53,787 nt of DNA, taken from the IMG/VR virus record IMGVR_UViG_3300008267_000208, positions 1-53,787 of that record; one strand, written 5' to 3'. The position numbers were made by a program, and so were the translations under genes. How positions within the stretch are numbered: the first letter of the stretch is position 1; the number at the start of each line of letters is the position of its first letter. Below the pieces are notes generated by a model. The model was not told the DNA's origin. It ran no database searches and was given only the letters and a program-made list of their open reading frames with translations. Of the stretch, positions 8,662-18,802 are shown piece after piece. Origin of the DNA: a virus. Taxonomy: Duplodnaviria > Caudoviricetes.

Positions 8662-8692
8662 AAATATATAAAGGAGGATTTTGTAATCCTAG
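8662..8692 (-). promoter_or_regulatory. Class A promoter CTAGG-N19-TATATTT, overlapping an ATATTTAT motif
   Basis: Motif match; upstream of the modification cluster. Confidence 0.7.
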
Positions 8693-8696
8693 TCCT

Positions 8697-9641
8697 TTAG
8701 TAGGTCTTTATTTCATCTTCATCAGATTTCTTTCGTTTAAAGATGGGTTGAATATAGTTGTACCATGATTTAGTTGGTTCAGAAGGTTCCACTACTGGTG
8801 GTTTCTCGTCGTATATTGCTAGTGGTTGTGGATTTTTTACTTGATTAAAAGCAAAATTAGCCGCTATAACTAAACTAATTGCTAGTGGATCAAACACCAA
8901 TATAATTAGTAAAATAAACCAGTTAATGATTTTATCCATTGGGTATCCCGTTAGCTTAGCTATATACTTGAGTGGACCTAGTTCGCCTGCTAATTCAGTT
9001 TTAGATTCGATTTCCAATATTTTCATATCTAAAGCAGTTATGCTGTCAGTTGAAGCTATTATTTTATCGTCAATTGCGTCTTTATTTTTGATAGCTGTAT
9101 TGAGTTGGGATTCAAATGCTTTTCGATTGCCTGAATTTGCTGTAGTAACAATCTGTCCTGTTTTTCTGTCTACTGATTGAGTAGTACTTCCTGTTGCTAG
9201 AGCATTTCTTAACTCACTTATATCTTTAGATAGTCCATTTTTTTCAAGTTTTCTATCTGTAAGCTGCTGTTCGAATCGTTCCTTTTTAACTTTATATACT
9301 TGAGTTTCTTTATCTACAACACCTACTTTATTGGCTGTTTCCTGATATGCATTACTTAGAAAGCCATAAATGCCAGCCGAAGTAATCAATATTAGTACTC
9401 CTAAAGCAATTGATAAATATGTTCTTAATATTTTATTTACTGTAGACCAGTATTGGTATAAGAATGAAGCGATAACTAATTTAGAAACTTCTAATGAAGC
9501 AGCCATTACCATAACCGCCATACTAGCTCCTACAAATAATTTAGATAACCCAGTAATTGAATACAGACCCGCCGAGGCACTCACGGACAAAGCCGAGAGT
9601 GCTATTAGGGTGGGTAGTATTAATTGTTTTATATTTTTCAT
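8697..9641 (-). CDS. Membrane protein: 3 N-terminal TM helices, coiled coil, C-terminal TM helix
   Basis: Hydrophobicity pattern and a heptad-rich middle region. Confidence 0.75.
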   Translation of the reverse strand: MKNIKQLILPTLIALSALSVSASAGLYSITGLSKLFVGASMAVMVMAASLEVSKLVIASFLYQYWSTVNKILRTYLSIALGVLILITSAGIYGFLSNAYQETANKVGVVDKETQVYKVKKERFEQQLTDRKLEKNGLSKDISELRNALATGSTTQSVDRKTGQIVTTANSGNRKAFESQLNTAIKNKDAIDDKIIASTDSITALDMKILEIESKTELAGELGPLKYIAKLTGYPMDKIINWFILLIILVFDPLAISLVIAANFAFNQVKNPQPLAIYDEKPPVVEPSEPTKSWYNYIQPIFKRKKSDEDEIKTY

Positions 9642-9644
9642 AAC

Positions 9645-11369
9645 TTATCCTTCGCAACTTACGCAGTCACTTAAACGCTGTAAGTTGTCTCCTCTTAAAA
9701 CTGATTCTGTTCTTAAATAATATAGTGTTTTAATTCCTGATGTATGTGCTTCTTTGTGTACTTGTGAAATCCATTTTGGAGTATCATTTGGATCAAAACA
9801 TAGATTCAATGAAATTGCTTGATCAATATATTTTTGACGAATAGCATTTTGACGAACAATTTCTAATTGATTGATTTCTTTGAATGTTAAAAATACTTCT
9901 TTTTCTTCAGGAGTTAGAATATAGTCTGGCAAACCAATTACTGAACCTTGATCTTTTAGAATTTGTTCCCAAACACTATCAATGTTGTATCCTTTTTTCT
10001 TAAGTAGTTCCTCTAGAATTTTATTACGTTTAATAAATACTCCTTTTGCTGTTTTTAAATTATAAACATTTGCAGGAATAGGTTCAATTGAAGGTGAAAC
10101 CCCACCTGAAATGTGAGCATTAGAAACAGTTGGTGCAATTGCTAAGTGATGGGTATGTCTTAAACCTGTACCTTTACACCATTCTGGTTCACCATATAGT
10201 TCTGCTTGTTCACGAGATGCTTTTAATGCTTCTTGTTGAATAAATTCAGATATAACTCTTGTTTGAGCACTTGCTTGAATACCTACAAATGGTAGACCTT
10301 TTGATTGTAAATAAGTATGCCATCCTAAAACACCAATTCCAATTGCTCTACCTTTAGTAGCAGAACGAACTGTGTTTTCCATGAACTTAATGTTTTTAGC
10401 TCTATCAATAAATTCTTGTAATGCACCTTCTAGAAACCAACATGTTAGTTCAGGCAATGTCATTCCATTTTCAAATTTATAATCTTTCCATTCGTCCCAA
10501 CGTGCTAAATTCAATGAAGATAAACAACAAATAAATGAATGTAATTCATCTGTGTAAAGTGAAATTTCACTACAAATATTAGTCATTGAAACATGTAAGT
10601 TGTTTTTCTTATATGCTTCTGGAGATGCATTATTAACATTATCTTCAAACATAATGTATGGTTCGCCTGTTTCCAAACGTGTTTTAAGTATTTCACCCCA
10701 TAATTTTAATGCTTTAGGATCTCTGTTGTCCAAATCCGCCATGAATTTATCATCAATTACTACACATTGGTGTAGATTTAAACATTGACGATTCACATCT
10801 CCTTTTGGTCTGCGAATACTCATGAACTCTTCAATATCAGGATGATGTATACTTAAATTAACAGAGGCTGCTCCTCTGCGAACTGAACCCTGATTAGTGG
10901 CTAAAATTGTTGAATCATATATTTTACACCAAGGCACTACTCCTTCACTTACACCATTGTCTTTAATTGATTTACCGCGTCCTCTAATACGTGATACACC
11001 AATACCAACACCTCCACCTTGAGATGATAAACGCATTAGTTCTGAATTAGCATCAGCAATGCCTTCAATGCTATCGCCTACATCAATTCCAAAACATGAA
11101 ATAGGCATTCCACGTTCTGTACCCATGTTTGATAGTACAGGTGATGCTAAACATAGCCAATTTTTAACAATTGCTTCATAGAATAGCGGTTGTAAATCTT
11201 TACGTTTTAGACGGCGAGCAGCAAATTTACTTACTCGCTTATATGCATCAAATACATTTTCATCAGGTAATAAATATCCTTTTGAAATCATACTTACTGC
11301 AATATCATCCATCCAATTTGGGTAATCTTTACCCTTAATCCAATTTGTTGTGTCTACTTGTATGCTCAT
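9645..11369 (-). CDS. nrdA: Class Ia ribonucleotide reductase alpha subunit
   Basis: ISCF, GGGVG, TNICSEI, AIAPT, KTLYY and C-terminal CVSCEG; no ATP cone evident. Confidence 0.96.
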   Translation of the reverse strand: MSIQVDTTNWIKGKDYPNWMDDIAVSMISKGYLLPDENVFDAYKRVSKFAARRLKRKDLQPLFYEAIVKNWLCLASPVLSNMGTERGMPISCFGIDVGDSIEGIADANSELMRLSSQGGGVGIGVSRIRGRGKSIKDNGVSEGVVPWCKIYDSTILATNQGSVRRGAASVNLSIHHPDIEEFMSIRRPKGDVNRQCLNLHQCVVIDDKFMADLDNRDPKALKLWGEILKTRLETGEPYIMFEDNVNNASPEAYKKNNLHVSMTNICSEISLYTDELHSFICCLSSLNLARWDEWKDYKFENGMTLPELTCWFLEGALQEFIDRAKNIKFMENTVRSATKGRAIGIGVLGWHTYLQSKGLPFVGIQASAQTRVISEFIQQEALKASREQAELYGEPEWCKGTGLRHTHHLAIAPTVSNAHISGGVSPSIEPIPANVYNLKTAKGVFIKRNKILEELLKKKGYNIDSVWEQILKDQGSVIGLPDYILTPEEKEVFLTFKEINQLEIVRQNAIRQKYIDQAISLNLCFDPNDTPKWISQVHKEAHTSGIKTLYYLRTESVLRGDNLQRLSDCVSCEG

Positions 11370-11378
11370 AATTTAATT

Positions 11379-11642
11379 TTAAAATCTGTCGTCTGCTCCA
11401 GGAGCAATAATATGTTTTGGATCTTTTTCTCCAAATGAATTTAATATTTTTTCTTGTGGGGTAATTTTAAAATGTACACCTTTAATGGTTATTTCACCTC
11501 CATCTTTAAGAGTTTTCTTAAACAATGTATCTTGTTTTTCACTCCATTCACTGCTTAATGCAATTATTTCTGGTTTTTCAGCTCGAATTCCATTGACATA
11601 AATAGTAACTCCTGATCTAATAGATTGTGGTTTAATTGACAT
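11379..11642 (-). CDS. Hypothetical protein
   Basis: 87-aa ORF. Confidence 0.65.
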   Translation of the reverse strand: MSIKPQSIRSGVTIYVNGIRAEKPEIIALSSEWSEKQDTLFKKTLKDGGEITIKGVHFKITPQEKILNSFGEKDPKHIIAPGADDRF

Positions 11643-11643
11643 T

Positions 11644-11766
11644 TTATTTACTTAATAAATTAATTAATATGACTATTTGGATACCTAAAACTATAACGCC
11701 AATCATAGTTCTTATAAGTTCCATTCTGCTTTTATATTTTGCTAATTTTTGTTCTAAATTTCTCAT
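11644..11766 (-). CDS. Small membrane protein (40 aa)
   Basis: Manual ORF MRNLEQKLAKYKSRMELIRTMIGVIVLGIQIVILINLLSK. Confidence 0.55.
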   Translation of the reverse strand: MRNLEQKLAKYKSRMELIRTMIGVIVLGIQIVILINLLSK

Positions 11767-11789
11767 AAGTCATTTCCATATTCTCACAT

Positions 11790-12293
11790 TTATATTTTAT
11801 TGTATTTTTTTCTATTATCTGAGATCATATATGGTCTTGAATTATCCCATCGTATAGTTCCTCCTTTACTTAAAGGAATTATATGATCTACTTCCCAATA
11901 TGTCCCATAATTTCCCCAATTCATGTTTTCATCAAATTGTTTTTCTAAATGTAACATAAATTCTTCTCTACTACAACCTATAAGATCTAAAGTTTTTTGA
12001 CTTTTGTATTCTTTCAACATTAATTTGTAAACTCTATTTCTTAAATTAAATATTACTCGTTGTTGTGGAGTAGAATTTTTTTTATATTCTCGTTGGTATT
12101 TTTTCCAATCATCATTATTTTCTCTCCATTTATTATAATATTCTGTTCTAGCTTCTTTGTTTTGTTTGTTATATTTTTTACTTTCATTTCCCCAACATGG
12201 TTTACATTTTGGAGAATAGTTATTTCGAGTTTTTCTCCAATAAAAGTTTTCCACAGGTTGGATGATTTGACATTTTGTGCATTTTTTTTCCAT
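11790..12293 (-). CDS. Free-standing HNH homing endonuclease
   Basis: N-terminal CxxC...CxxC; WEVDHIIPLSKGG...N...NRKK; located between nrdB and nrdA. Confidence 0.85.
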   Translation of the reverse strand: MEKKCTKCQIIQPVENFYWRKTRNNYSPKCKPCWGNESKKYNKQNKEARTEYYNKWRENNDDWKKYQREYKKNSTPQQRVIFNLRNRVYKLMLKEYKSQKTLDLIGCSREEFMLHLEKQFDENMNWGNYGTYWEVDHIIPLSKGGTIRWDNSRPYMISDNRKKYNKI

Positions 12294-12340
12294 GTATTGT
12301 TTTTATTATACATATTGTAAAAGGACAAATAGTTGACCCT

Positions 12341-13291
12341 TTATAAATCACTCCAGTCACCTGTGGATTTTGAGTAATTGGTTACCCGTCCTGCAAAGAA
12401 ATCTTGTTGGGTTTTTCCGCTTGTCAAGTGTCCAAACCATTCCATCTGTTTAAGCAAACTAGGCTCAATATCGTTATAGATAGCGTTATATCCTAATTCA
12501 GTTATTTTTTCATTTGCTCTTGACTTAATAAAATTCTTAAGTTGATCTACATTTAATCCTTCTACTTCTCCCATTTCGAATGCTTTGTCAATGAAATCAA
12601 ATTCTAATTGAACAGACAATTGACATGCTTCTATAATTTTATTTCTTAGTTCATCTGTATTTAATTCAGGCTGTTCTTGAAGTAATATCCTAAATAACCA
12701 GCATCCTGCTTTCGAATGTAATGATTCATCTCTAACACTCCACTCGACAATTTGAGAAGTTCCTTTCATTAAATTACGTAATTGAAAAGACATTAAAATT
12801 GCAAACGATGAAAATAAATTTACACCTTCAGTAAATGCTGAGAATATGGCTAATGAAATTGCTTTTTCCTCCATTGTATCACCTGGGACTTCAATTAAAC
12901 GTTCGATTTTGTTTTTGGAGGTTTCATCTTCCATGAACGCAGCAAAGTCATCTAATCCTAATTCCTCATTTAAACGAGCATATGCTTCAGCATGAATACT
13001 TTCAAAATCAGCAAACACACGAGCCATTGCTTGTATTTCTGGTTTAGGGAACCAAACAGATACTTTTGTTGACCAATAGTCATTTACATGCACCTCAGTT
13101 TGAGCAAACGATTTTAAAATATTTCCAATTAGATTCTTTTCAGACTCATTAAGTTTTAATTTCCAATCATTCAAATCAGAAGCTAATGGAACTTCATCTG
13201 CTAGCCAATGTGCTCTATGTTGATTCTTATAGAAATCAAATGCATCTTGGTATTCAAATGGCTTGTAAAATATACGTGGTTCAGTGATCAT
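12341..13291 (-). CDS. nrdB: Class Ia ribonucleotide reductase beta subunit
   Basis: ESIHAEAY, TEG..LFSSF, DESLH and DFFA..VTNY motifs. Confidence 0.96.
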   Translation of the reverse strand: MITEPRIFYKPFEYQDAFDFYKNQHRAHWLADEVPLASDLNDWKLKLNESEKNLIGNILKSFAQTEVHVNDYWSTKVSVWFPKPEIQAMARVFADFESIHAEAYARLNEELGLDDFAAFMEDETSKNKIERLIEVPGDTMEEKAISLAIFSAFTEGVNLFSSFAILMSFQLRNLMKGTSQIVEWSVRDESLHSKAGCWLFRILLQEQPELNTDELRNKIIEACQLSVQLEFDFIDKAFEMGEVEGLNVDQLKNFIKSRANEKITELGYNAIYNDIEPSLLKQMEWFGHLTSGKTQQDFFAGRVTNYSKSTGDWSDL

Positions 13292-13292
13292 G

Positions 13293-14672
13293 TCAGTTAT
13301 TTAATTTAAAAAATTGTTGTGCTAAGTATTCTCTATCTAAGTCATCCACAACACTTCCGCTTGTTTTAGAATTTGATCTGTTACTTTTTACCATTTGTTC
13401 TTCTTCTTCTTCACTTATTTCATTTAGAATTTCAATGTGTCCTGTTGATGTATCTACATCAGCATTAAATGACATACCATCCATTCCATATCTATTTTTC
13501 ATAAAGTGAAAACGTCCTGTTCCATTTACTTTGTCTTTCTTTTGTCGCGAAAGTGATAGAGCTACATCTGCAATCATAATTTTATCATATGATCCAGCTG
13601 CCTTATCACCTTCAATGATGTTATCTTTTGCACCTGCTCGATTTACTTGAGATACACTCCAAATTGGTAATTTAAGTTCTCGTGCTAAACCTTTTGTGCT
13701 AGTATAAATATCATCAATTTCGTCTTTACGTTCACGATTCGTTCTTTTTGATGATAAAAGGTCAATATAGTCAATGATAATCAAATCTGGTTTGAAATCT
13801 AGGTCAATACATTTTTTAATATGTGATTCAATAGTTGAAATTGATGCTCTACCCATTGGATATTCACGTACAATTAAATTACCTGGTAGTTCATTTATTG
13901 CTTGTTCTACTTCGGGTCTGTGGTTTCGAATTTTATCAACAGGAATGTTTGTGAAGAAAGCATCGTATCGTCTTCCTACATAACTTTCACCTAACTCTAA
14001 TGTATAGTGAATAACATTGAAACCTAACTGTACAGCATACGCTCCCATAGCAATCAAACACCATGACTTACCACCACCTGGATTTCCGAATATTAAACCT
14101 AAATCGCCTTCACCTAATCCACCTTGAATCATTTCGTTAAATGTTTTCCAAGGAGTCGGAACAGGATTTCTATCATCTTCAGTGAATCGAGATTCGATAT
14201 CTTTGTTGTATTCATGGCCAATATTTTTGTCTTGACCTGAACGTAAAGCGCTATCAACTAATGTACGTATGGAGTCATAGTCGCCTGCTTTAAGTAAATC
14301 AACCGAATTTAAAAGCGCTCGTTTTAGTTGTTGATTTTTACAGAAGTTAGTAAATTCTTCTTTAACATAAGATAAATCGGATTCATCTGAAGAGCGATAT
14401 GCTTCTTTTAATTGTTCTTTAATGGACAGTTGTAGAACTTCATTATCTACTCGTTTCATTTCTACTTTTAAAACGTCCATTGTTGGGTTGGTGTGGTATT
14501 TTGTGTAATACCGAAGTACCTCATTTACAACCCATTTATGGGCTGTATTACTGAAATATTCATCCGTAATGATATCGCTAACATTTTGGAGGAATGGTTT
14601 ATCAGTTAGTAAGGCCGATATTACCTTAGTTTGGAACGAAATTCCATAACTTTCTAGACTTTGTAATGTCAT
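13293..14672 (-). CDS. Replicative DnaB/gp41-like helicase
   Basis: GNPGGGKS, TLE, IIIDYIDLL, SQVNR, KNRYG. Confidence 0.93.
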   Translation of the reverse strand: MTLQSLESYGISFQTKVISALLTDKPFLQNVSDIITDEYFSNTAHKWVVNEVLRYYTKYHTNPTMDVLKVEMKRVDNEVLQLSIKEQLKEAYRSSDESDLSYVKEEFTNFCKNQQLKRALLNSVDLLKAGDYDSIRTLVDSALRSGQDKNIGHEYNKDIESRFTEDDRNPVPTPWKTFNEMIQGGLGEGDLGLIFGNPGGGKSWCLIAMGAYAVQLGFNVIHYTLELGESYVGRRYDAFFTNIPVDKIRNHRPEVEQAINELPGNLIVREYPMGRASISTIESHIKKCIDLDFKPDLIIIDYIDLLSSKRTNRERKDEIDDIYTSTKGLARELKLPIWSVSQVNRAGAKDNIIEGDKAAGSYDKIMIADVALSLSRQKKDKVNGTGRFHFMKNRYGMDGMSFNADVDTSTGHIEILNEISEEEEEQMVKSNRSNSKTSGSVVDDLDREYLAQQFFKLNN

Positions 14673-14681
14673 AACTTTTAT

Positions 14682-15728
14682 TTATTTTGTTTTATTATAT
14701 CTATCTACTGTACTCCAGTTATCTCTAATCCAATATTCAACATTTTTCAAAACATTTCCTAAACCATCTTTATGATAGAATCTTAAAAACGTTTCTGTAT
14801 CTAATTCATATGGGGATTCTTTAACTTGCTCTAATATATAACCTTTTTCTTGGTCATCCAACATAGGATTACTTAAATCCATAATCTTATAAGCTTTTCT
14901 TAAATTGTCAAAATTTTCCAATGCTCTACAATATATAACATGTTCTTTAAATTTTAAAGCACAAATATCATAAATGTGATCCATATTTAATTCTTCTGAA
15001 CCCATTACTTCAGGAAATAATTTTTGAAACTTACCTGGTCCTAATCCTTTAACACCACCTACTTTATCTGAGTCATCACCCATTAGTGTTTTATATATAA
15101 GAAAATTAGATGGATGCACACCAAATCTTTCTTTAACAGCTTGAGGTGTAATGAATTCCTTTTCTACAGACCGGTACATTACAATATTTTCATCTACTAA
15201 TTGTAAGAAATCGTTATCCGCTGATACAAGATATACTTTGTTTTCTTTATTTTTAGTAATTTCCTTGCTTAAAAATGCTATAATATCGTCTGCTTCAACT
15301 CCATCTAGTGATAGAATTTTAATAGGCAAACATTGTAAATAATGAATTAAATGAATAATTTGATTTGTTTTTGATTCATTTTCTTGATCCAAATTACTAA
15401 ACGAATTTTTATTAACTCGATTAACATTTCTTCCTGATTTATATTCGGGTAGTAAGTTCTTCCGGTTTATGGAAGAACCTACTCCATCGAATACAACGTA
15501 TACGGATGTTGGTTTTAGTTGTTTAACCAATGAACCTAACGAGCGTAAAAATCCACCTAAACCCCCGATATGTGTTCCTTCAGAGTTTATATAGTTAAGT
15601 ACCGCAAAATTTCTCAAAAATAGATTTAAACCATCTACAATTAAAATTCTTTCACCTTGTTCTTCTGGGGTTATTTGTTCCCCCTCCTTGACATTATCAA
15701 GGAGTTTAAGTAAATCTTTACTATTCAT
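14682..15728 (-). CDS. 5'-3' exonuclease / flap endonuclease (Pol I N-terminal, T4 RNase H-like)
   Basis: IVDG.N, VFDG, YKSGR, EADD, SADNDFLQL, GDDSD..GVKGLG. Confidence 0.93.
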   Translation of the reverse strand: MNSKDLLKLLDNVKEGEQITPEEQGERILIVDGLNLFLRNFAVLNYINSEGTHIGGLGGFLRSLGSLVKQLKPTSVYVVFDGVGSSINRKNLLPEYKSGRNVNRVNKNSFSNLDQENESKTNQIIHLIHYLQCLPIKILSLDGVEADDIIAFLSKEITKNKENKVYLVSADNDFLQLVDENIVMYRSVEKEFITPQAVKERFGVHPSNFLIYKTLMGDDSDKVGGVKGLGPGKFQKLFPEVMGSEELNMDHIYDICALKFKEHVIYCRALENFDNLRKAYKIMDLSNPMLDDQEKGYILEQVKESPYELDTETFLRFYHKDGLGNVLKNVEYWIRDNWSTVDRYNKTK

Positions 15729-15734
15729 AACTTA

Positions 15735-16826
15735 TTAATCTTCAGATTCTACAATGTCAGAAATATCTGCTTTTTCATCCCATTCGGAATTATCTTCAAC
15801 AGTTTTATATTCTCCTTTACCTAAAATATCTGCCCATTCATGTGAATGTTCTTTTTTGTATTTATTAACTTCTTTAGGATCGTCAGCTATAAAACCATGT
15901 ACTGTACTGATAACAGTATTTTTAGTAGTAATTCCATTTACGTGGTTTTTATCACACGATACTTTTGTTCGTAAAGCAAATTCAACATCTTTTTTATCTT
16001 TAGTTGCTTTGATCTTTGAAGTACCACTATTAGTAATGTTACCAAATGTGATACACAATGAAGCATCATAATAAAATGTGTTTCCTCCTTTGTTAGTCAT
16101 TCTAGGGCGAGCCATAGGACCTTCTGCTGGTGCAACACCTGTTTTATTGATAATTAGGAATGTATTAGTGTATTTACTTTCCTCTTTACGAGATAAAATG
16201 ATTCTCTGATTAATAAAATTACCAAATTGTGTTGCAATTGCTCCTGCATTCCACATTGGGTTGTTTCTACCTTGTTCAATGCTCATTCTACATGCAATAG
16301 ATCCTACTGAATCCCATAGGAATAACAAATCGTATGGTAGATTTCCTTTGGCTTGTTCATCTAATATATCAACTATAAAGTCAGCTACGTCCTCAATTGA
16401 ACTCAACTTACCTCTATCTTTATAGATGAAAAAACCATCATAATCTACTATATTGCCTTCTTTATCTAGTACCTCATTTATTTCGAAACCCATTGTTCGC
16501 CAATGCTCCCAACTATGTTTCATTTCAGTAATGATAAGAATAGGTAATATACCCATCTTTTGAGCAGATACTGCGGCCTCAATAGACGTGGTGGTTTTTC
16601 CAGTGTTACTGGCACCACGTACTATATTGATATGCCCCATTGCTATTCCAGGAATCGATAATGCATCTTGCATTGCCGGTGAGAATGGAATCCATGCTTG
16701 TTCTTTGAATTTTACATTGCCTCCTAATGATTTTTTCTCCTTAAATTTATTTAAATCAAAATTAGATTTAAGTTCTTTAGAGACTGCTTCCATTAGTGAA
16801 TCTTTTTCACTATTTTTCTTGGCCAT
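15735..16826 (-). CDS. RecA/UvsX-like recombinase
   Basis: Walker A GASNTGKTT, WDSVG, IIN, GG..F.Y.AS, KNHV. Confidence 0.85.
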   Translation of the reverse strand: MAKKNSEKDSLMEAVSKELKSNFDLNKFKEKKSLGGNVKFKEQAWIPFSPAMQDALSIPGIAMGHINIVRGASNTGKTTTSIEAAVSAQKMGILPILIITEMKHSWEHWRTMGFEINEVLDKEGNIVDYDGFFIYKDRGKLSSIEDVADFIVDILDEQAKGNLPYDLLFLWDSVGSIACRMSIEQGRNNPMWNAGAIATQFGNFINQRIILSRKEESKYTNTFLIINKTGVAPAEGPMARPRMTNKGGNTFYYDASLCITFGNITNSGTSKIKATKDKKDVEFALRTKVSCDKNHVNGITTKNTVISTVHGFIADDPKEVNKYKKEHSHEWADILGKGEYKTVEDNSEWDEKADISDIVESED

Positions 16827-16843
16827 AACTTTTTATTTAAATA

Positions 16844-17692
16844 TTAGTCTTCGTCTTCTTCGAATAAAGCTTCGAATTTGTCTGCTTTTGATTTTTTAAC
16901 GGGAGTCTTAATCTCGTAATTGCTTGATTTAGCTGGTTTTTCATCTTCCCAAGGTAAATCGTTTTTAGGAGATTCAACTTCGTCTTCTACTTCATCAATA
17001 ACTTCATCACTTGCATCTTCTGGGTTTAGGAAATTTTGAAGTGTTTCTTTCAACTTATCAAAAGTCATTTTATATGCACTTTGAACTTCCAAAATATCTG
17101 GTTGTTCTTCCAACCATGCTTCGATATCAAGTTTGCTAGTACTTAGTGGAGTTGTTTTTGGTTTAATACGAATTGATGACTTCAATCCCTGACGACCACC
17201 AATATCACCCATAACTGCTTCAACTGTAAAGTCACGACCTTCATTGATGTCTGTGTAGTCACCATAATCTTCATCATCGGCAATACCTAACAGTTGCATG
17301 TAAATTTCTTTACCAAATTCCCAAAGGCGAACACCTTTGTCTTCTTCTCCACGTACAATTACTGGAGCGAATATACGCATTTTTGGTTCTAATTTTTTAG
17401 ATAGTTTCCAATTTTCCTTGTCGCTGGTTTGACGAAGTTGTTTTGTAAATTCTACAATTGGATCTTTTTCGCCCCAATTAGTAAGGGCATAAATTGGGAA
17501 CTTTGAGAACCCGTAATGTACAAAAATTTCCTTAAATGGATTGTTTTTGTCGTTTTTAGACGGCACAATACGAATTTGGTATTTACCTTCTTGTTTTGGT
17601 TTCCATAGATACTTTGCGTAATCTACTTTTTCTTTTTTCTGCCCGGATGTCTGTAAGGCACTCAGTTTGTTTTTGATTGATTTTAAATCCAT
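16844..17692 (-). CDS. Single-stranded DNA-binding protein, gp32-like
   Basis: WKP...IRIVP, LWEFGK.IY, D...GRDF, acidic C-terminal tail. Confidence 0.82.
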   Translation of the reverse strand: MDLKSIKNKLSALQTSGQKKEKVDYAKYLWKPKQEGKYQIRIVPSKNDKNNPFKEIFVHYGFSKFPIYALTNWGEKDPIVEFTKQLRQTSDKENWKLSKKLEPKMRIFAPVIVRGEEDKGVRLWEFGKEIYMQLLGIADDEDYGDYTDINEGRDFTVEAVMGDIGGRQGLKSSIRIKPKTTPLSTSKLDIEAWLEEQPDILEVQSAYKMTFDKLKETLQNFLNPEDASDEVIDEVEDEVESPKNDLPWEDEKPAKSSNYEIKTPVKKSKADKFEALFEEDED

Positions 17693-17719
17693 CTTTATTT
17701 GGTTTTTATTATTACTATT

Positions 17720-17750
17720 TAATATACTACCTTTTTTTCTGGAGGCCTAG
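17720..17750 (-). promoter_or_regulatory. Class A promoter CTAGG-N19-TATATTA
   Basis: Motif match upstream of the SSB gene. Confidence 0.7.
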
Positions 17751-17826
17751 TTTTAGCTATCGAAGCTCTTAGAATGCCTTTATATTTGTAGTGTTGTTCT
17801 TAGTGTAGTTATGCCGTTGATGTGGT

Positions 17827-18324
17827 TTATTTACTAGGTACTGCAATCAAAATTTCAACATTGCTTCCCACAGTTCTACTAAATTTAAAACTCTTAATGG
17901 GATTTTTAGCTTGTTGCATTACTAATTGCATAGCAGCGCCTTGTGTTTGGCCTACCGCTCTATATACCTTAACATTTTCAACTCCTGAAATCATTTTTGC
18001 TGGTATACTTCCTGGGATGGCTTCAAAACCTTCGTTTTTTACTAGTTTTTGGAAGTCTTTAAGACTTAAAACATCATTTTCTGTTTGTTTTTCAGTTTTA
18101 ACTATGTCTTTAATTTGATCTTTTTGTTCTTGACTAAAAGCACTATTGTTTAATAGTGAAGCTAAAATAGTAGCTGTGATTAGTCCTTTTTTAACGTAAC
18201 TTTTTACTTTATCCATAACATTTGAAAAATCTATAGCTTCATCTAATGACAAAATATCATCAAGTATATCTTGTTCTTTTGATGACAATTGAACCTCTTT
18301 TAATAAATCAACTAACTTTATCAT
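17827..18324 (-). CDS. Hypothetical protein, probable internal head protein
   Basis: MIKLVDLLKE leader, internal hydrophobic helix, ATATTTAT motif just upstream. Confidence 0.7.
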   Translation of the reverse strand: MIKLVDLLKEVQLSSKEQDILDDILSLDEAIDFSNVMDKVKSYVKKGLITATILASLLNNSAFSQEQKDQIKDIVKTEKQTENDVLSLKDFQKLVKNEGFEAIPGSIPAKMISGVENVKVYRAVGQTQGAAMQLVMQQAKNPIKSFKFSRTVGSNVEILIAVPSK

Positions 18325-18336
18325 GGTGATAAATAT

Positions 18337-18723
18337 TTACAAATCTATAATCTTATATATCTTTGTATTAAGTTGTTTAACTTCTCCGTGTTGAGTTAAT
18401 AAAATGCAATTACGATATTCTTGCCAATTTACTTTGAAAAATGGATCTGTTTCACCACCATTCAATTTTCTAATTAAATCGTTTAATGCATTTATCGTAT
18501 ATAGTGTATTTGATTCTTTTTTGCGATGTACCAATATTGTATTGGCGGGGATGCCATTGATATTTCCTTGCTCTACATTATATGTAACAACATACTCATT
18601 TGTGCTCTTAACAAAGAGAACAAACATTTTGTTGTACATAATATCATATGTAGTAGCCAAATTGGATATCAAATCGTCCAGATGGTTTTGCTGAGTAAAT
18701 GTAGCAAATAATCTATTGTTCAT
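18337..18723 (-). CDS. Conserved-looking hypothetical protein
   Basis: The ORF track starts at 18795. An ATATTTAT motif at 18757-18764 favours the MNNRLF start at 18723. Confidence 0.7.
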   Translation of the reverse strand: MNNRLFATFTQQNHLDDLISNLATTYDIMYNKMFVLFVKSTNEYVVTYNVEQGNINGIPANTILVHRKKESNTLYTINALNDLIRKLNGGETDPFFKVNWQEYRNCILLTQHGEVKQLNTKIYKIIDL

Positions 18724-18802
18724 AGTGTCACTTTCAGTTATAAAATCGTACTGATTATAAATATCAACTGAGGGTTCAAACGCGAGTAATTCCATAACTT
18801 AT

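Noticed and set aside
11763-11790. Remnant nrdB C-terminus (GNDL*) downstream of the HNH gene
   Set aside because: The similarity to WSDL* is too short to distinguish from chance.
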